DNA of 51,148 bases from a virus (Duplodnaviria > Caudoviricetes): the IMG/VR virus record IMGVR_UViG_3300011116_001170, positions 1 to 51,148 of that record; one strand, given 5' to 3'. Below the pieces are notes generated by a model. It was not told the DNA's origin, did not search any database, and saw only the letters and a program-made list of their open reading frames with translations. Made by a program: the position numbers and the translations under genes. Positions 16,606 through 26,622 of this stretch are shown in pieces. How positions within the stretch are numbered: the first letter of the stretch is position 1; each line of letters begins with the position of its first letter.

Positions 16606-17458
16606 AAAAGAGGCGCAAAGGATTGATCTTGAGAAATTAAGAATTGAAGCCACAATCGCACCAAAATTTAAGACGATCTTCAATAATATTGCGCGAGATG
16701 CTGAAAGACTTTACAAAACCACTGGCAAACTTCCAGTGCAAGAATTAGCACAGAATTATTATCCTGAATTTGTCAAAGAAATTCGCGATGCGATGCGTAA
16801 GACGATTAAGTTATTCGGCTTTGATTTAAGAAAAGCTCTTGAATTGAAAGGCTTTAATTTTGACGCAGAATTTAAAAGCGGATTTATTGATTTAGAGAAA
16901 AAGCTAAAAATAATTGATGAAAATTTAGATCCAAAGCTCGAAGAAATTAATAATCAATTTTTAAAGAATGCGACTTTATTCATTGCTAATCAAAGCGAAA
17001 TACAGGCTGATTATATTACACAGACTAACGCGAAAGAGTTGGCGTTGGCAGTTTTGCAAGAGGAGACAGCTTATTTATCAAATCAAAAGGCAAATGAGAC
17101 TTGGGCAATTATTGCTAAAAATCTTTTCATAAATCTTTTGGACAGAAGGGATGGTAGGGTTGATTTAATTTCAAGCCAAGTTGTAGGGCTTGCGGAAGCG
17201 TGGAGTCGGCAAGAAGAGGCGCGCTTAATTAATCAAGCTGAATTACAATCTCAAAATAAACCTGTTAAAGTTCTTAAAACTTGGTGGGCAATTTTAGATT
17301 CAAAGACTCGAGGCAGCCATGTTGCGGCAGACCAGCAGCAAGTTAATGTTGACGAATTGTTTTATGTTGGCGGATTTTCTGCAATATATCCAAGAGACCC
17401 TAATTTGCCAGCCAGTGAGTCGATTAATTGCCGTTGTGTGAGCGTTAATTCTGTTTAG
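16598..17458 (+). CDS. head morphogenesis/minor head protein (SPP1 gp7/Mu F family)
   Basis: KTWWAILDSKTRGSH...YPRDP...INCRC. Confidence 0.88.
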   Translation: MSRKEAQRIDLEKLRIEATIAPKFKTIFNNIARDAERLYKTTGKLPVQELAQNYYPEFVKEIRDAMRKTIKLFGFDLRKALELKGFNFDAEFKSGFIDLEKKLKIIDENLDPKLEEINNQFLKNATLFIANQSEIQADYITQTNAKELALAVLQEETAYLSNQKANETWAIIAKNLFINLLDRRDGRVDLISSQVVGLAEAWSRQEEARLINQAELQSQNKPVKVLKTWWAILDSKTRGSHVAADQQQVNVDELFYVGGFSAIYPRDPNLPASESINCRCVSVNSV

Positions 17459-17784
17459 CAAAAAACTTTTCTAAATTCTGCAATATATTCTTTTGTTTTT
17501 TCTTCAAAATCATCAATAATTAATTTTTTGTCTAATTTTGCTTTTTCAACAGCTTCTTCATAAGTTTCGCGAAATATTTTCAAATCGCGAAGAGTATTAT
17601 TTACTTTTTCTTTTTCCAATTCTTTTTCCAATCTAATTTTTTGCAACTTTTCTTCTTGTTCAGCTTCCATAACATCTACAAGAGCATGCGCCGCATTTCT
17701 TAAGTCAGAAAAACTACAATCTTCTTCTTTTAGAGCATTTTTTAATTCTGCCAAAGCACTTTCAACTTTAAAATTTATCGTCAT
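17455..17784 (-). CDS. hypothetical coiled-coil protein (inverted cassette)
   Basis: 109-aa ORF overlapping the Ntn-hydrolase stop. Confidence 0.7.
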   Translation of the reverse strand: MTINFKVESALAELKNALKEEDCSFSDLRNAAHALVDVMEAEQEEKLQKIRLEKELEKEKVNNTLRDLKIFRETYEEAVEKAKLDKKLIIDDFEEKTKEYIAEFRKVFC

Positions 17785-18299
17785 TTTTTCCTAATCTCTA
17801 TAATTTGTGCTTCACCAGAAGTCCACACATTCATTTGAACAGTTAAGTCAATCGCTTCTTTAACTGATTTTCCAAGGTGCATAGCCATATAAGCTTCTTT
17901 AAATCCAGCTCCATCGGTTGCAAAATCATTTTCTAAAATTTCTTGAACTGCACCACCTTGATAATGAAATAATTTTTTTTCAAAAACTAAAAAATAATGA
18001 TTTTCTACTTTTCCATTTGCTTCAATATTTTGTTCTTTTAACCATTTTCCAAAATCAATAAAGAATCTTTGAATACCTAACTGGTCGTTTCTTTCGGGCT
18101 TTCTTGTTTGGCAAAATAACGCAAAATTAACTTGTTCAGAATAAAGACCAGTTGAAGAAAAGACAATATCATTGACTGTTGCAATTTTTTGTTGGATTTG
18201 ATGATTGCTACAATGAAATTTATGATTGCCCATAAATAGCCCCGTGTCAGCTCCCAAGATTATTTTTTCTTTTGTATGTTGCGCGATTAATACTGTCAT
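17781..18299 (-). CDS. Ntn-hydrolase, proteasome-beta/HslV-like protein
   Basis: Thr after the initiator Met (MTVLIA), ILGADT, QQKI, GAG...AYMAMHLG...EAI pattern. Confidence 0.7.
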   Translation of the reverse strand: MTVLIAQHTKEKIILGADTGLFMGNHKFHCSNHQIQQKIATVNDIVFSSTGLYSEQVNFALFCQTRKPERNDQLGIQRFFIDFGKWLKEQNIEANGKVENHYFLVFEKKLFHYQGGAVQEILENDFATDGAGFKEAYMAMHLGKSVKEAIDLTVQMNVWTSGEAQIIEIRKK

Positions 18300-18583
18300 T
18301 TTTTCCTATTTTTAAATTCTTCTTTTAATTGCTCCAAAGTTCTTACATTCTCTTCTTTTATTTTTCCCATAAGTCGCGCAATTACTAAATCTTTATGTAA
18401 AGAGTTCCAAACGCGTGTAGGAACGCCGTAATGATTCCAATCATGGCACATACTTTTACAATAAGGCAATGATGCGCTAAATCTCAAAACTTCCCCGTTG
18501 TAAGGCAACGCCTCTTTATGCTTTTTGATTATCCATTTAAGCAATTCGTAATCGCCACTAAATCTAATGTTAAATAAGTCCAT
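18296..18583 (-). CDS. hypothetical protein (inverted cassette)
   Basis: 95-aa ORF, first of three coupled - strand genes. Confidence 0.65.
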   Translation of the reverse strand: MDLFNIRFSGDYELLKWIIKKHKEALPYNGEVLRFSASLPYCKSMCHDWNHYGVPTRVWNSLHKDLVIARLMGKIKEENVRTLEQLKEEFKNRKK

Positions 18584-18592
18584 TTTTTAAAA

Positions 18593-18608
18593 TCTTGGTT
18601 TTCGGATT
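18593..18608. promoter_or_regulatory. repeated late-region motif, copy 1
   Basis: TCTTGGTTTTCGGATT, also at 23835 and 30820, with a variant at 33261. Confidence 0.65.
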
Positions 18609-18636
18609 GGCGATTTTTAGCCACAAATTTATTTAG

Positions 18637-19344
18637 ATGCAAACATTTTTAATAAAATTTTTGCACATGCAACAAAAAATAAAAGAAACTAAGAGCTTTT
18701 CGTTTGAAATCAAGGCTATGTCTGAAGAAGACAATAACTTTATTTTTGAAGGTTACGCCTCAACTTTTGGCAATGTCGATTTAGGCGAAGATGTTATCGC
18801 TGCTGGTGCATTTGCCAAAACGCTTATTGAAACCCCTAATGTCCCGATTTTATGGCAACATGAAATGGATGAGCCAATTGGAATTTCAATCACTTTAAGA
18901 GAAGACGCTAAGGGCTTATTTGTTCAAGCTAAATTACCAAAAGATGATACACAAGTAAGCGGTAAAGTAATTCCGCAAATGAGAATTGGCTCGGTCAGAG
19001 AAATGTCGATTGGTTATTTTGCAATCAATTGCGAATACCAAGATGAAATCAGAATTATCAAAGAAATTGAACTCTTTGAAATTTCTCTAGTTACCAAAGC
19101 CATGAATCCAAAAGCTTTAGTAACTGGCTTTAAATCTCTTGAGTCGCTAAGCGATGTCGAAAAATCACTCAAAGAAAGAGGGTTCTCAAATACCGAGGCT
19201 AAAACCCTAATTTCTAAAATCAAAGAATTTTCCAATCAGCGTGATGCTGAAGAAATAAAGGCTCTGCGCGATGCCGAGCAAAAAGCCGAATTGCTGGCTA
19301 AAATAAGCGAATTAACAAACTTTATTAAATCAAAAAAACAATAA
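18637..19344 (+). CDS. HK97-family prohead protease
   Basis: FEGYASTF, LWQH, EDAKGL, MSIGY, LFEISLV; true start may be 18667. Confidence 0.93.
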   Translation: MQTFLIKFLHMQQKIKETKSFSFEIKAMSEEDNNFIFEGYASTFGNVDLGEDVIAAGAFAKTLIETPNVPILWQHEMDEPIGISITLREDAKGLFVQAKLPKDDTQVSGKVIPQMRIGSVREMSIGYFAINCEYQDEIRIIKEIELFEISLVTKAMNPKALVTGFKSLESLSDVEKSLKERGFSNTEAKTLISKIKEFSNQRDAEEIKALRDAEQKAELLAKISELTNFIKSKKQ

Positions 19345-19345
19345 T

Positions 19346-20539
19346 ATGTCAGATATTAATCAACAAACAATGGAAGCCTTAAATTTCTTGCGCGAAGAAG
19401 TTAAATCAATTTCACCGCGTCAAGAAGTAATCGACAGATGTAACAAATTTTTAGATGTTCAAGAAGATTTGAACCAAAAAGATACGCAAGAAAAGAATGC
19501 TTTACGAGCAGAATTAAAAGAAGTGAAAGAAACTTTATCTGCTTTTGAAGCAAACTTAAAAAGACCAAATCTTGGTTCTGAAGAAAAGCAAAAAGCATCA
19601 GAAGAATTAAAAGCTTTTGAAAAGTTTTTGAAAATGGGTAAAGAATTTCAACATGAACCAGAAAGAAAATATCTAAGAACTGACGTTTCTACAGGCGGCG
19701 GATTTTTAGTTCATGAAACTTATGTTAATTCAATTCTTGAAGCAGTTGTTGAAGTTTCTCCAGTTCGTCAAGTTGCTAACGTTCAAACAACTACTAATGC
19801 TAAATCTTTAATTTTCACTAAAGAAACAGGACTTCCTACTGTTTACTGGGTTGGTGAAGGTCAATCTAATACTGCGAGTGATCCAACCTTTGGAACTGAA
19901 GAAATTTTCCTTAAAAAAATGGCTTTCAAAATTGAGCTTACTCGTGAGTTATTCGATGATTCAGCTTTTGACATGAAAGCAGTAGTTACTAAGCAAATTC
20001 TTAAACAAATTGCAAAAGGTGAAGGTACTGCATTTATTAACGGAACTGGAACTTTAGATCCTGAAGGCTTAATGACAAATGCAAGCGTTGGCTATACTGC
20101 AAGTGGTTACGCTTCAACTTTAGGAGCTGGTGAAGCTTTGCTTAAAGTTCAAGGTGATATTGTTAATCCAAGTGCTTACAACCTTTCTTTCATGTTCAAT
20201 CGTAAAACATTGCACCAAGGAATTAGAACTTTGCGCGGCACTACTAACGACAATTACTTGTTTCAACCTGCATTAAATGGCGGAACTCCAAACTTGGTTG
20301 CTGGCTTGCCTTACAATCTTGCTAACGATATGCCAGACATTGGAGCTAACACTTTCCCAATTATCTGTGGAGACTTCATGGAAGGTTATGTAATTGCCGA
20401 CAATAACAATCTTCGCATTATTGAAGATCAATATACTCAAGTTGGTAGCGACAAATTAGTTTATCACGTGTTCAAAAGAACTGGTGGCAAAGTAGTGCGT
20501 CCTGAAGTTTTGAAAAAAATCAAAATTGCAACTTCTTAA
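19346..20539 (+). CDS. major capsid protein (HK97 fold with delta domain)
   Basis: Coiled-coil N-terminus, GGFLV, WVGEG, FINGTG..PEGL, GDF..GY. Confidence 0.95.
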   Translation: MSDINQQTMEALNFLREEVKSISPRQEVIDRCNKFLDVQEDLNQKDTQEKNALRAELKEVKETLSAFEANLKRPNLGSEEKQKASEELKAFEKFLKMGKEFQHEPERKYLRTDVSTGGGFLVHETYVNSILEAVVEVSPVRQVANVQTTTNAKSLIFTKETGLPTVYWVGEGQSNTASDPTFGTEEIFLKKMAFKIELTRELFDDSAFDMKAVVTKQILKQIAKGEGTAFINGTGTLDPEGLMTNASVGYTASGYASTLGAGEALLKVQGDIVNPSAYNLSFMFNRKTLHQGIRTLRGTTNDNYLFQPALNGGTPNLVAGLPYNLANDMPDIGANTFPIICGDFMEGYVIADNNNLRIIEDQYTQVGSDKLVYHVFKRTGGKVVRPEVLKKIKIATS

Positions 20540-20566
20540 TCAATATTAATTTAATTTTTTAAAAAA

Positions 20567-20959
20567 ATGGCTTCTGTAGATTTTAAAAATAGTTGCGTAG
20601 TTACTAACGCGCTAAATATTCAAACAATTGCAACCAACGCAACAACTGCTGGTTCTTCAATTGATTTGAACGCTTATGAATCAGCAACTTTCAATTTCAA
20701 ATTGGGAGTTAGAACCGATGGTTCTTACCTTCCAGTTATTACTGAAAGTGATGATGGTACGACTTTTACCGCCGTTGACGCTTCTTTCTTAATTGGAACT
20801 CCAACAGCTTTGACAGCTTCTCACGCTAGTCAAAGAATTGGCTACGTAGGAAAGAAAAGATATGTAAAAGCATCAATAACATCAACTTCTGTAACTTCAG
20901 GCTCTCTTGCAACTGCCGATGTTATTTTAGGCTCGCCTAGAACTACACCAACTGCTTAG
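20567..20959 (+). CDS. capsid decoration/cement-like protein
   Basis: Directly after the major capsid gene; ESDDG and RIGYVGKKRYV motifs. Confidence 0.65.
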   Translation: MASVDFKNSCVVTNALNIQTIATNATTAGSSIDLNAYESATFNFKLGVRTDGSYLPVITESDDGTTFTAVDASFLIGTPTALTASHASQRIGYVGKKRYVKASITSTSVTSGSLATADVILGSPRTTPTA

Positions 20960-20964
20960 CAATT

Positions 20965-20993
20965 AAAAGGGGGTTTTTATGCCCCCTTTTTTT
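20965..20993 (+). terminator. intrinsic terminator (possibly bidirectional)
   Basis: AAAAGGGGG-TTTTTATG-CCCCCTTTTTTT. Confidence 0.85.
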
Positions 20994-21004
20994 AATCAAT
21001 TTAT

Positions 21005-21283
21005 ATGCAAATTAAAGTTTTAAAAACCACCAACGCCGCATCAAACCAAATAGGAAATTTCTCAAAAGAATATAAAGAAGGCGAAACTTACGAAATATTT
21101 GATGAATTAGCACAAGTCTTTATCAATGAAAAATGGGGTGTTTTGGTATCAGAAGAAAAGGCTTTTGATGAAACTTTAGAAAACAAAGCAATTCAAAAAG
21201 CTCCTGAAAATAAATTGTTTGGAAAAAAACAAAAAAAAATTGAAGTAGCTTCTGAAACTAAAGAAATTGAAGAAGAAAAATAA
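21005..21283 (+). CDS. hypothetical head-associated protein
   Basis: ENKA...PENK motif typical at this position. Confidence 0.7.
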   Translation: MQIKVLKTTNAASNQIGNFSKEYKEGETYEIFDELAQVFINEKWGVLVSEEKAFDETLENKAIQKAPENKLFGKKQKKIEVASETKEIEEEK

Positions 21284-21284
21284 A

Positions 21285-21872
21285 ATGATTTTTAGCCAGC
21301 CAATCAATTACACTCTAATCACTGATGCCACCAGTGAACCAATAACTTTAAATGAAGTTAGAAATCATTTAAGAATTGATGGAATTGATTATGATGCTAT
21401 CTTAACGCCTTTGATTAAAACAGCCCGCCAAATCGCAGAAAAAACAACTGGGCGCGACATGATAAATAAAACTTGGCGCACTTACTTAGATTGTTTTCCA
21501 AGTTGCAATGGAATTGAGATAAAAAAAAGCAAACTACAATCAATCACATCAATAAAATATTACATAAACGATATTTTAACAACGCAGGACGCAAACAGCT
21601 ATTATTTCACTGATGAAGAGTATAGCTCAATTGAAATAAAAAATAGTTATTCTTGGGCTTCAACTGATGAAAGAAAACAAGCCGTTCAAATTACTTTTGT
21701 TTCGGGCTATGGTGCTGATTCAAGTTTTGTGCCACAAGCTTTAAAACAAGCAATGTTATCACACGTTGCTTATCTTTACGAAAATGCTGGCGATTGCATA
21801 GATGGTGGTGAGACTCAATTTAAAAAACTTTATTTTCCATATATTTTGCCACAATTATTGGTGAGTTTATGA
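21285..21872 (+). CDS. head-tail connector (gp6-like)
   Basis: EPITLNEVRNHLRID, GYG...VPQALKQAML...YEN. Confidence 0.88.
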   Translation: MIFSQPINYTLITDATSEPITLNEVRNHLRIDGIDYDAILTPLIKTARQIAEKTTGRDMINKTWRTYLDCFPSCNGIEIKKSKLQSITSIKYYINDILTTQDANSYYFTDEEYSSIEIKNSYSWASTDERKQAVQITFVSGYGADSSFVPQALKQAMLSHVAYLYENAGDCIDGGETQFKKLYFPYILPQLLVSL

Positions 21873-22261
21873 AGTGCCGATCAATTCAAAAAAACATCAA
21901 CAAAGTTTGCGTTGGCGATTTTAATAAAAGAATAAAAATTCAAACTAGCTCAATAAAAGCAAATAATTCACCAAATGCAGTTTCTTCGGTTGCTTTTCAA
22001 ACCCTTGTAAGCGTTTGGGCTTTGATTAAAACAACTTCAAATCGCGAATTTATCGATGGCGTAAATATTGAAAATGGATTGAACACTGACTTCTTTGTTA
22101 GATACATCCCAAGCCTTAATTATGAACAACAGCTTTGGATTGAATATGACAATAACCGCTTCAAAGTCAAAAACATCGAAAATATTGACCAAGAAAATAA
22201 AATAATTCGCATTCGTTGCGTTGAAAAAGGCGACAAATCAATTTTGGCAAACGCTAGATAA
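21869..22261 (+). CDS. head closure/head-tail adaptor
   Basis: GDFNKRIKIQ, VWA, synteny. Confidence 0.82.
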   Translation: MKCRSIQKNINKVCVGDFNKRIKIQTSSIKANNSPNAVSSVAFQTLVSVWALIKTTSNREFIDGVNIENGLNTDFFVRYIPSLNYEQQLWIEYDNNRFKVKNIENIDQENKIIRIRCVEKGDKSILANAR

Positions 22262-22755
22262 TGTTTAGAATAATTAAAGACCCTCAAAACGAAAAAGCTA
22301 TGATGGCTAACGCAGCCTTGCCTAATCACATAACAAAAGGTATTAGAATGGGAGCTTATATTTCGGGCAAGCAATTAGTGGAGAATTTACGCAAAGACAT
22401 GAAGCTTAAAAAAAGCGGGCGTACTTACAAAGTATATGTTGGCGTTAGTGGAGCTTTGAAAAAAGCAAGGTTACACACCGCCTCCGCACCGAGTGAAACC
22501 CCCGCCGTGATTAGTGGCAAATTTAGAAAGTCCGTTGATTTTTTAGTGCGTGGAAATCGAACTTTAGAATTTGGTTCTGGCAATGAAGGTATAGCCAAAG
22601 AATACGCAAAAGTTTTAGAACTTGGAAGTTCAAAAATGGCAGCGAGAAAACCACTTGGGCGTACTGTTAAAAAACTAGAAAAGCAAGTTAAATCAAATCT
22701 TGAAACTGAAATCAATAAACAAATCAAAGCCGCTGGCTTCAAAAACTCAAATTAA
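22261..22755 (+). CDS. HK97 gp10-like tail completion protein
   Basis: ASAPSETPA, YAKVLELGSSKMAARKPL. Confidence 0.82.
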   Translation: MFRIIKDPQNEKAMMANAALPNHITKGIRMGAYISGKQLVENLRKDMKLKKSGRTYKVYVGVSGALKKARLHTASAPSETPAVISGKFRKSVDFLVRGNRTLEFGSGNEGIAKEYAKVLELGSSKMAARKPLGRTVKKLEKQVKSNLETEINKQIKAAGFKNSN

Positions 22756-22757
22756 TT

Positions 22758-23834
22758 ATGCAAGCTATTGATGTTGTAAATAGACTAAAAGAAATATTGC
22801 CAAGCTTCACCGATGATTTTAGCGATATTAAAAGCGTTTCTTCTTTGACTCAATCAAGCGGCATAATTACAGCGACTACATTAAGCGCGCACAACTTAGC
22901 AACTGGAAACTACATCACAGTTAGAGGCGCAAAAAAACCAATCGCTTTAGTTTCTTTGACTCGTGTAGGAAATATTGTAACCGCTACATCTTTAACCGAT
23001 CATGAATTATCCGATCCATCTTTATTTTCTTTAGAAAATTTGCCGCTTTATGTTGAAATTGCTGGCGCAAGCACTGGATACAGCGGCAGTTTTGAACTTT
23101 TAAGCGTTCCGACAAGCTACATCTTTACTTTTAAAATTACAACAACGCCAACAACACCAGCGGCAGTTGCTGGCTATCTTTTGCTTGAAGACCAGACTAG
23201 CTACAATGGCTATAAACAAATTACAGTTACTTCACCAACTCAATTTACTTACGCAAGCTCAAACTCAAATCTTAACTCACCAGCGCAAGGCACAATTGAA
23301 ATAAGCAGTGGCACCCGTGTTGATTATGCAGCAACTGCTCAAAGAATTTTAGATTATTATTCGGCAAATTCTAATAAGATTTTTAAACCTTGGATGTTTG
23401 TTGTTTTGAACGCAAAATCAATTTATAAAAACGAAACAATCGCAAGCAATATTTCATCTGCTCAAAATAAAAATCAATCTTTTTATTTTGAAGCTCAACA
23501 AGATTTTTCTCTTTATGTTTTTTTACCAAGCAAAACTAGCACGTTAGGTGGTGAACAATCTGACACGGCGCGAATTTACGAAAAGCCAATTTTAAAAAGT
23601 ATTGCCAATCATATTTTTGATTCAAATTTAGTTGAAAGAACTTATCAACCTTGTGCCTATGTTGGCAATGAGTCTGATGATTATGTCGCTGCTTATTATG
23701 TTCATAGATTCGACTTTTTAGCTAAAGGATTTGTGCAATCTGGTGATACTGCTGATTTCAATAATGGAACTCCTCTAAAAATAATTAATGGAACTTTAGA
23801 CAGCGGATTAATTTTTAAACCAAATTTCCGTTAG
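22758..23834 (+). CDS. tail terminator/neck protein with inserted beta-rich repeats
   Basis: Position before the sheath; two SLT..G...TAT...H.L repeats, also found in baseplate J. Confidence 0.6.
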   Translation: MQAIDVVNRLKEILPSFTDDFSDIKSVSSLTQSSGIITATTLSAHNLATGNYITVRGAKKPIALVSLTRVGNIVTATSLTDHELSDPSLFSLENLPLYVEIAGASTGYSGSFELLSVPTSYIFTFKITTTPTTPAAVAGYLLLEDQTSYNGYKQITVTSPTQFTYASSNSNLNSPAQGTIEISSGTRVDYAATAQRILDYYSANSNKIFKPWMFVVLNAKSIYKNETIASNISSAQNKNQSFYFEAQQDFSLYVFLPSKTSTLGGEQSDTARIYEKPILKSIANHIFDSNLVERTYQPCAYVGNESDDYVAAYYVHRFDFLAKGFVQSGDTADFNNGTPLKIINGTLDSGLIFKPNFR

Positions 23835-23850
23835 TCTTGGTTTTCGGATT
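23835..23850. promoter_or_regulatory. repeated late-region motif, copy 2
   Basis: TCTTGGTTTTCGGATT followed by TTGTTT-N17-TTTGAT upstream of the sheath operon. Confidence 0.65.
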
Positions 23851-23905
23851 TTTGTTTTTCTTTTTTAAAAATATTTTGATTTCAACATTTAATTAAATTC
23901 TGTTT

Positions 23906-24091
23906 ATGAAATTAAAACTAAATCAAAATCTTTCCACACCGCAGGGTAAGCTGCTTAAAGACGCAATCATTGAAGTTGCCGCAGATGAAAATTCAATTCC
24001 TTTGGATTTATTTTGGCGCAGTCGTTTAGCTGATTCTGTTATTGATAATTGCGTTGAAATAGTTTCTGAAACCTTAAAATCAAAAAAATAA
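23906..24091 (+). CDS. small pre-sheath protein (Mu gp38-like)
   Basis: FWRSRLAD motif; position before the sheath. Confidence 0.65.
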   Translation: MKLKLNQNLSTPQGKLLKDAIIEVAADENSIPLDLFWRSRLADSVIDNCVEIVSETLKSKK

Positions 24092-24092
24092 T

Positions 24093-25646
24093 ATGGCTGC
24101 TTCTTTTCCAAATGTAACTACTAATATTCTTTCAGCTAAAACCCCACAAACCCCTGACGCTCGTTCAATTTTGATTGTTGGCGGCATGGTTTCGGGAACT
24201 GCTTCAAGTGGTGCTTTGGTTGACAATTTACTTTCTGCCACAGATTTTAATAATGCTTTTGGTAGAACTTCTCACATTGCTAAGGCTGGTCGCGCTTTAA
24301 TTGAACAACTTTCAATTTCAAGAATTAGACCAAAAGTTAGCGCAATTGGATTGACTGACAGCGGAAGCGGTGTTGCCGCAACTGGAATTGTCGCCTTTAC
24401 TGGAACTGCAACAGAAGCTGGCACAATTACAGTTTACATCGATTCAATTCGCAATGGTGTTTACAAAATTAATGTTGCAAGTGGTGCGACTGCCGCTTCT
24501 CTTGGAACTTTACTCGAAACCGCAATTAATGCAAATTTAGACAGACCAGTAAATGCGGTCAATACAACTGGAAGCGTTGCTTTAACTGCAATTAATAAAG
24601 GAACTGTTGGAAATTCAATTGGCTTAAAATATTCAGGATCTGTCGCTGGAATTACAACAACTCTTACAGCTTTTGCAAGCGGTGCAACTAACCCAACTTT
24701 GACAGCGGTATTTGACGCAATTGCAAGCACTCGTTATTCAACAATAATTTTCCCAGCAGAATGGGGCATTTCAACTTTAACAACTGAAACCGAATCCAAA
24801 TTCAATGTTGACAATAAAATTGTTCACGAGTTCGGTATTGTTTGTAAAAATGATACTTATGCTAACAGCAACACCGCTTTAGATGCTTTAAATCAAAAAA
24901 CACTCGGTTATATTCCAAATAAGCTGATTTCAGGAACTGCTCACAAAGGCGGTGCTATATTTGAGAATCCGATTGTTATTGCCGCCTATGCTGCCGCTTT
25001 GCGTGAATTAAGACTTACTGTAAATTCAAATACATCTTCAATCACAACCAACGGGCAATCATTAGGCGGTTCTTTCTTTGCTGCAATTCCTTATCATAAC
25101 ACTCCATTTAATTTATTGCCAATTATTGAAACTGGAAATGATTTTTCTGACGCGGAAGCTTTAGAATTACAAAATTCTGGTGGTTGGGTGCTTAGAAATA
25201 ATCCTGCAAATACTGTTATTATTTCAAATGAAGCGGTAACGACTTACAAAACCAACATGCTTGGAAATGCAGACGTAACCTTTAAATATATCAACTATTT
25301 TGATACTTTAACCTTAACCGCTGAATACATTTTTAATAATCTTAAAGCTGATTTCTCACAACATATTTTAACAACTGGACAACTTATTGCTGGTCGTCCA
25401 ATGGTCAATAAAGAAGGTTTTATCGCTGCTTTGATGGGCTACTATGCTACACTTTCGGGCATCAATGGCAATAACAATTATTGCTTGTTAAGAGCTGGCA
25501 CGGATCAACAAGCAGCTTTCAAAAAAGCTTTGACTGATTCTGTAGTTATCAATCTTGCAACTGGCACGCTAACAGCTGAAGCAATTGCAAATATTACAAC
25601 TCAAGTAAGAAATATTTTAGTTAATTTTACCCCAACTTTTGAATAA
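24093..25646 (+). CDS. contractile tail sheath (Mu gpL-like)
   Basis: FGRTS, ATG...FTGTATEAGT, LTAINKG..GN, VTTYKTN..G.AD. Confidence 0.9.
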   Translation: MAASFPNVTTNILSAKTPQTPDARSILIVGGMVSGTASSGALVDNLLSATDFNNAFGRTSHIAKAGRALIEQLSISRIRPKVSAIGLTDSGSGVAATGIVAFTGTATEAGTITVYIDSIRNGVYKINVASGATAASLGTLLETAINANLDRPVNAVNTTGSVALTAINKGTVGNSIGLKYSGSVAGITTTLTAFASGATNPTLTAVFDAIASTRYSTIIFPAEWGISTLTTETESKFNVDNKIVHEFGIVCKNDTYANSNTALDALNQKTLGYIPNKLISGTAHKGGAIFENPIVIAAYAAALRELRLTVNSNTSSITTNGQSLGGSFFAAIPYHNTPFNLLPIIETGNDFSDAEALELQNSGGWVLRNNPANTVIISNEAVTTYKTNMLGNADVTFKYINYFDTLTLTAEYIFNNLKADFSQHILTTGQLIAGRPMVNKEGFIAALMGYYATLSGINGNNNYCLLRAGTDQQAAFKKALTDSVVINLATGTLTAEAIANITTQVRNILVNFTPTFE

Positions 25647-25651
25647 AACAT

Positions 25652-25993
25652 ATGACTATTTTAGATTACGGCAATTTAATAATTAATGGCAAATCAGTGA
25701 GTTATGAAGCTATTGAAATAACTCCGGGTTCAATAACTCGAAAGCCAAATCCACAAATTAATGGTAAGAATATTTTTACAACTGACGTTATGTCAAATTA
25801 TTCTACAATCAAGATTACTCAACGCGTTAGTCCTACATCAAATGAATTGTTTAATGGAATTTACAACAACGGTGACAATAATACAATTACTTATCGAAGC
25901 GAAAATTTTTCTAGTTGCACAATGGAAGCGTTGCCTGCTCGCAAAGACCAAGATACTGTCGATTATATAATATTTGGCGATCCTGCTGTTTAA
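25652..25993 (+). CDS. tail tube protein
   Basis: 113 aa directly after the sheath. Confidence 0.75.
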   Translation: MTILDYGNLIINGKSVSYEAIEITPGSITRKPNPQINGKNIFTTDVMSNYSTIKITQRVSPTSNELFNGIYNNGDNNTITYRSENFSSCTMEALPARKDQDTVDYIIFGDPAV

Positions 25994-26005
25994 TTTTTTT
26001 AAAAT

Positions 26006-26476
26006 ATGGAATCTTTAACTTTCGATTTATCAACACCAATTAAAGTTCAAATAAATGTTGATAGCAAAAATGACTTTGCTGATATTGATAAAATTTATTT
26101 ATCTGCGCCAAGTTTTAAACATCGCGATTTAACAATTGTTTTGAAAAAGAAATTTATTGAAGCCGTATTTGCAATGACCGCTTCGCTTCCAAAAGATGAA
26201 GCACAAAAGCAAGTACAAGTAAATGATGAAAATGGTAAATTAGAAGCAAAATCAATCAAGGCTATTTTATACGCGGCTAAGGATTTTGATATTGTTTCTT
26301 TCTTTAAAAGATTTGAAACATTTTTAATTTCTGACATCGCTTTTAAAGATGAAGAAAGAAAACAAAAGCTAGTTGCATTGGATTTACAAAAGCTTGATGA
26401 ATCTGATTTTGAGGAGCTATTGGCTAAATATTTAGAGGTTTTTTTTATTGTTTCTTGGATGAAAACACTAAGCTAG
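26006..26476 (+). CDS. tail assembly chaperone (gpG-like)
   Basis: Between tube and tape measure; slippery T8 run near the 3' end. Confidence 0.8.
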   Translation: MESLTFDLSTPIKVQINVDSKNDFADIDKIYLSAPSFKHRDLTIVLKKKFIEAVFAMTASLPKDEAQKQVQVNDENGKLEAKSIKAILYAAKDFDIVSFFKRFETFLISDIAFKDEERKQKLVALDLQKLDESDFEELLAKYLEVFFIVSWMKTLS

Positions 26477-26619
26477 AATCTTTGATTTGCAATTTAGCTT
26501 ATTTTTACAAAGGCGCGGCAAGTTTTGAATGGTTAGAAAGTTTGCCAATTCCAAAACTTTTAAGACTCAATGAAGAAGCAACTAAAATCAACGAAGCAAT
26601 GAAATCAAAAGAGAAATAA
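26438..26619 (+). CDS. -1 frameshift extension of the chaperone (gpGT-like)
   Basis: GAG GTT TTT TTT ATT slippery site; the -1 frame reads YCFLDENTKLESLICNLAYFYKG...KSKEK to TAA at 26619, 3 nt before the tape measure ATG. Confidence 0.8.
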
Positions 26620-26622
26620 AAG

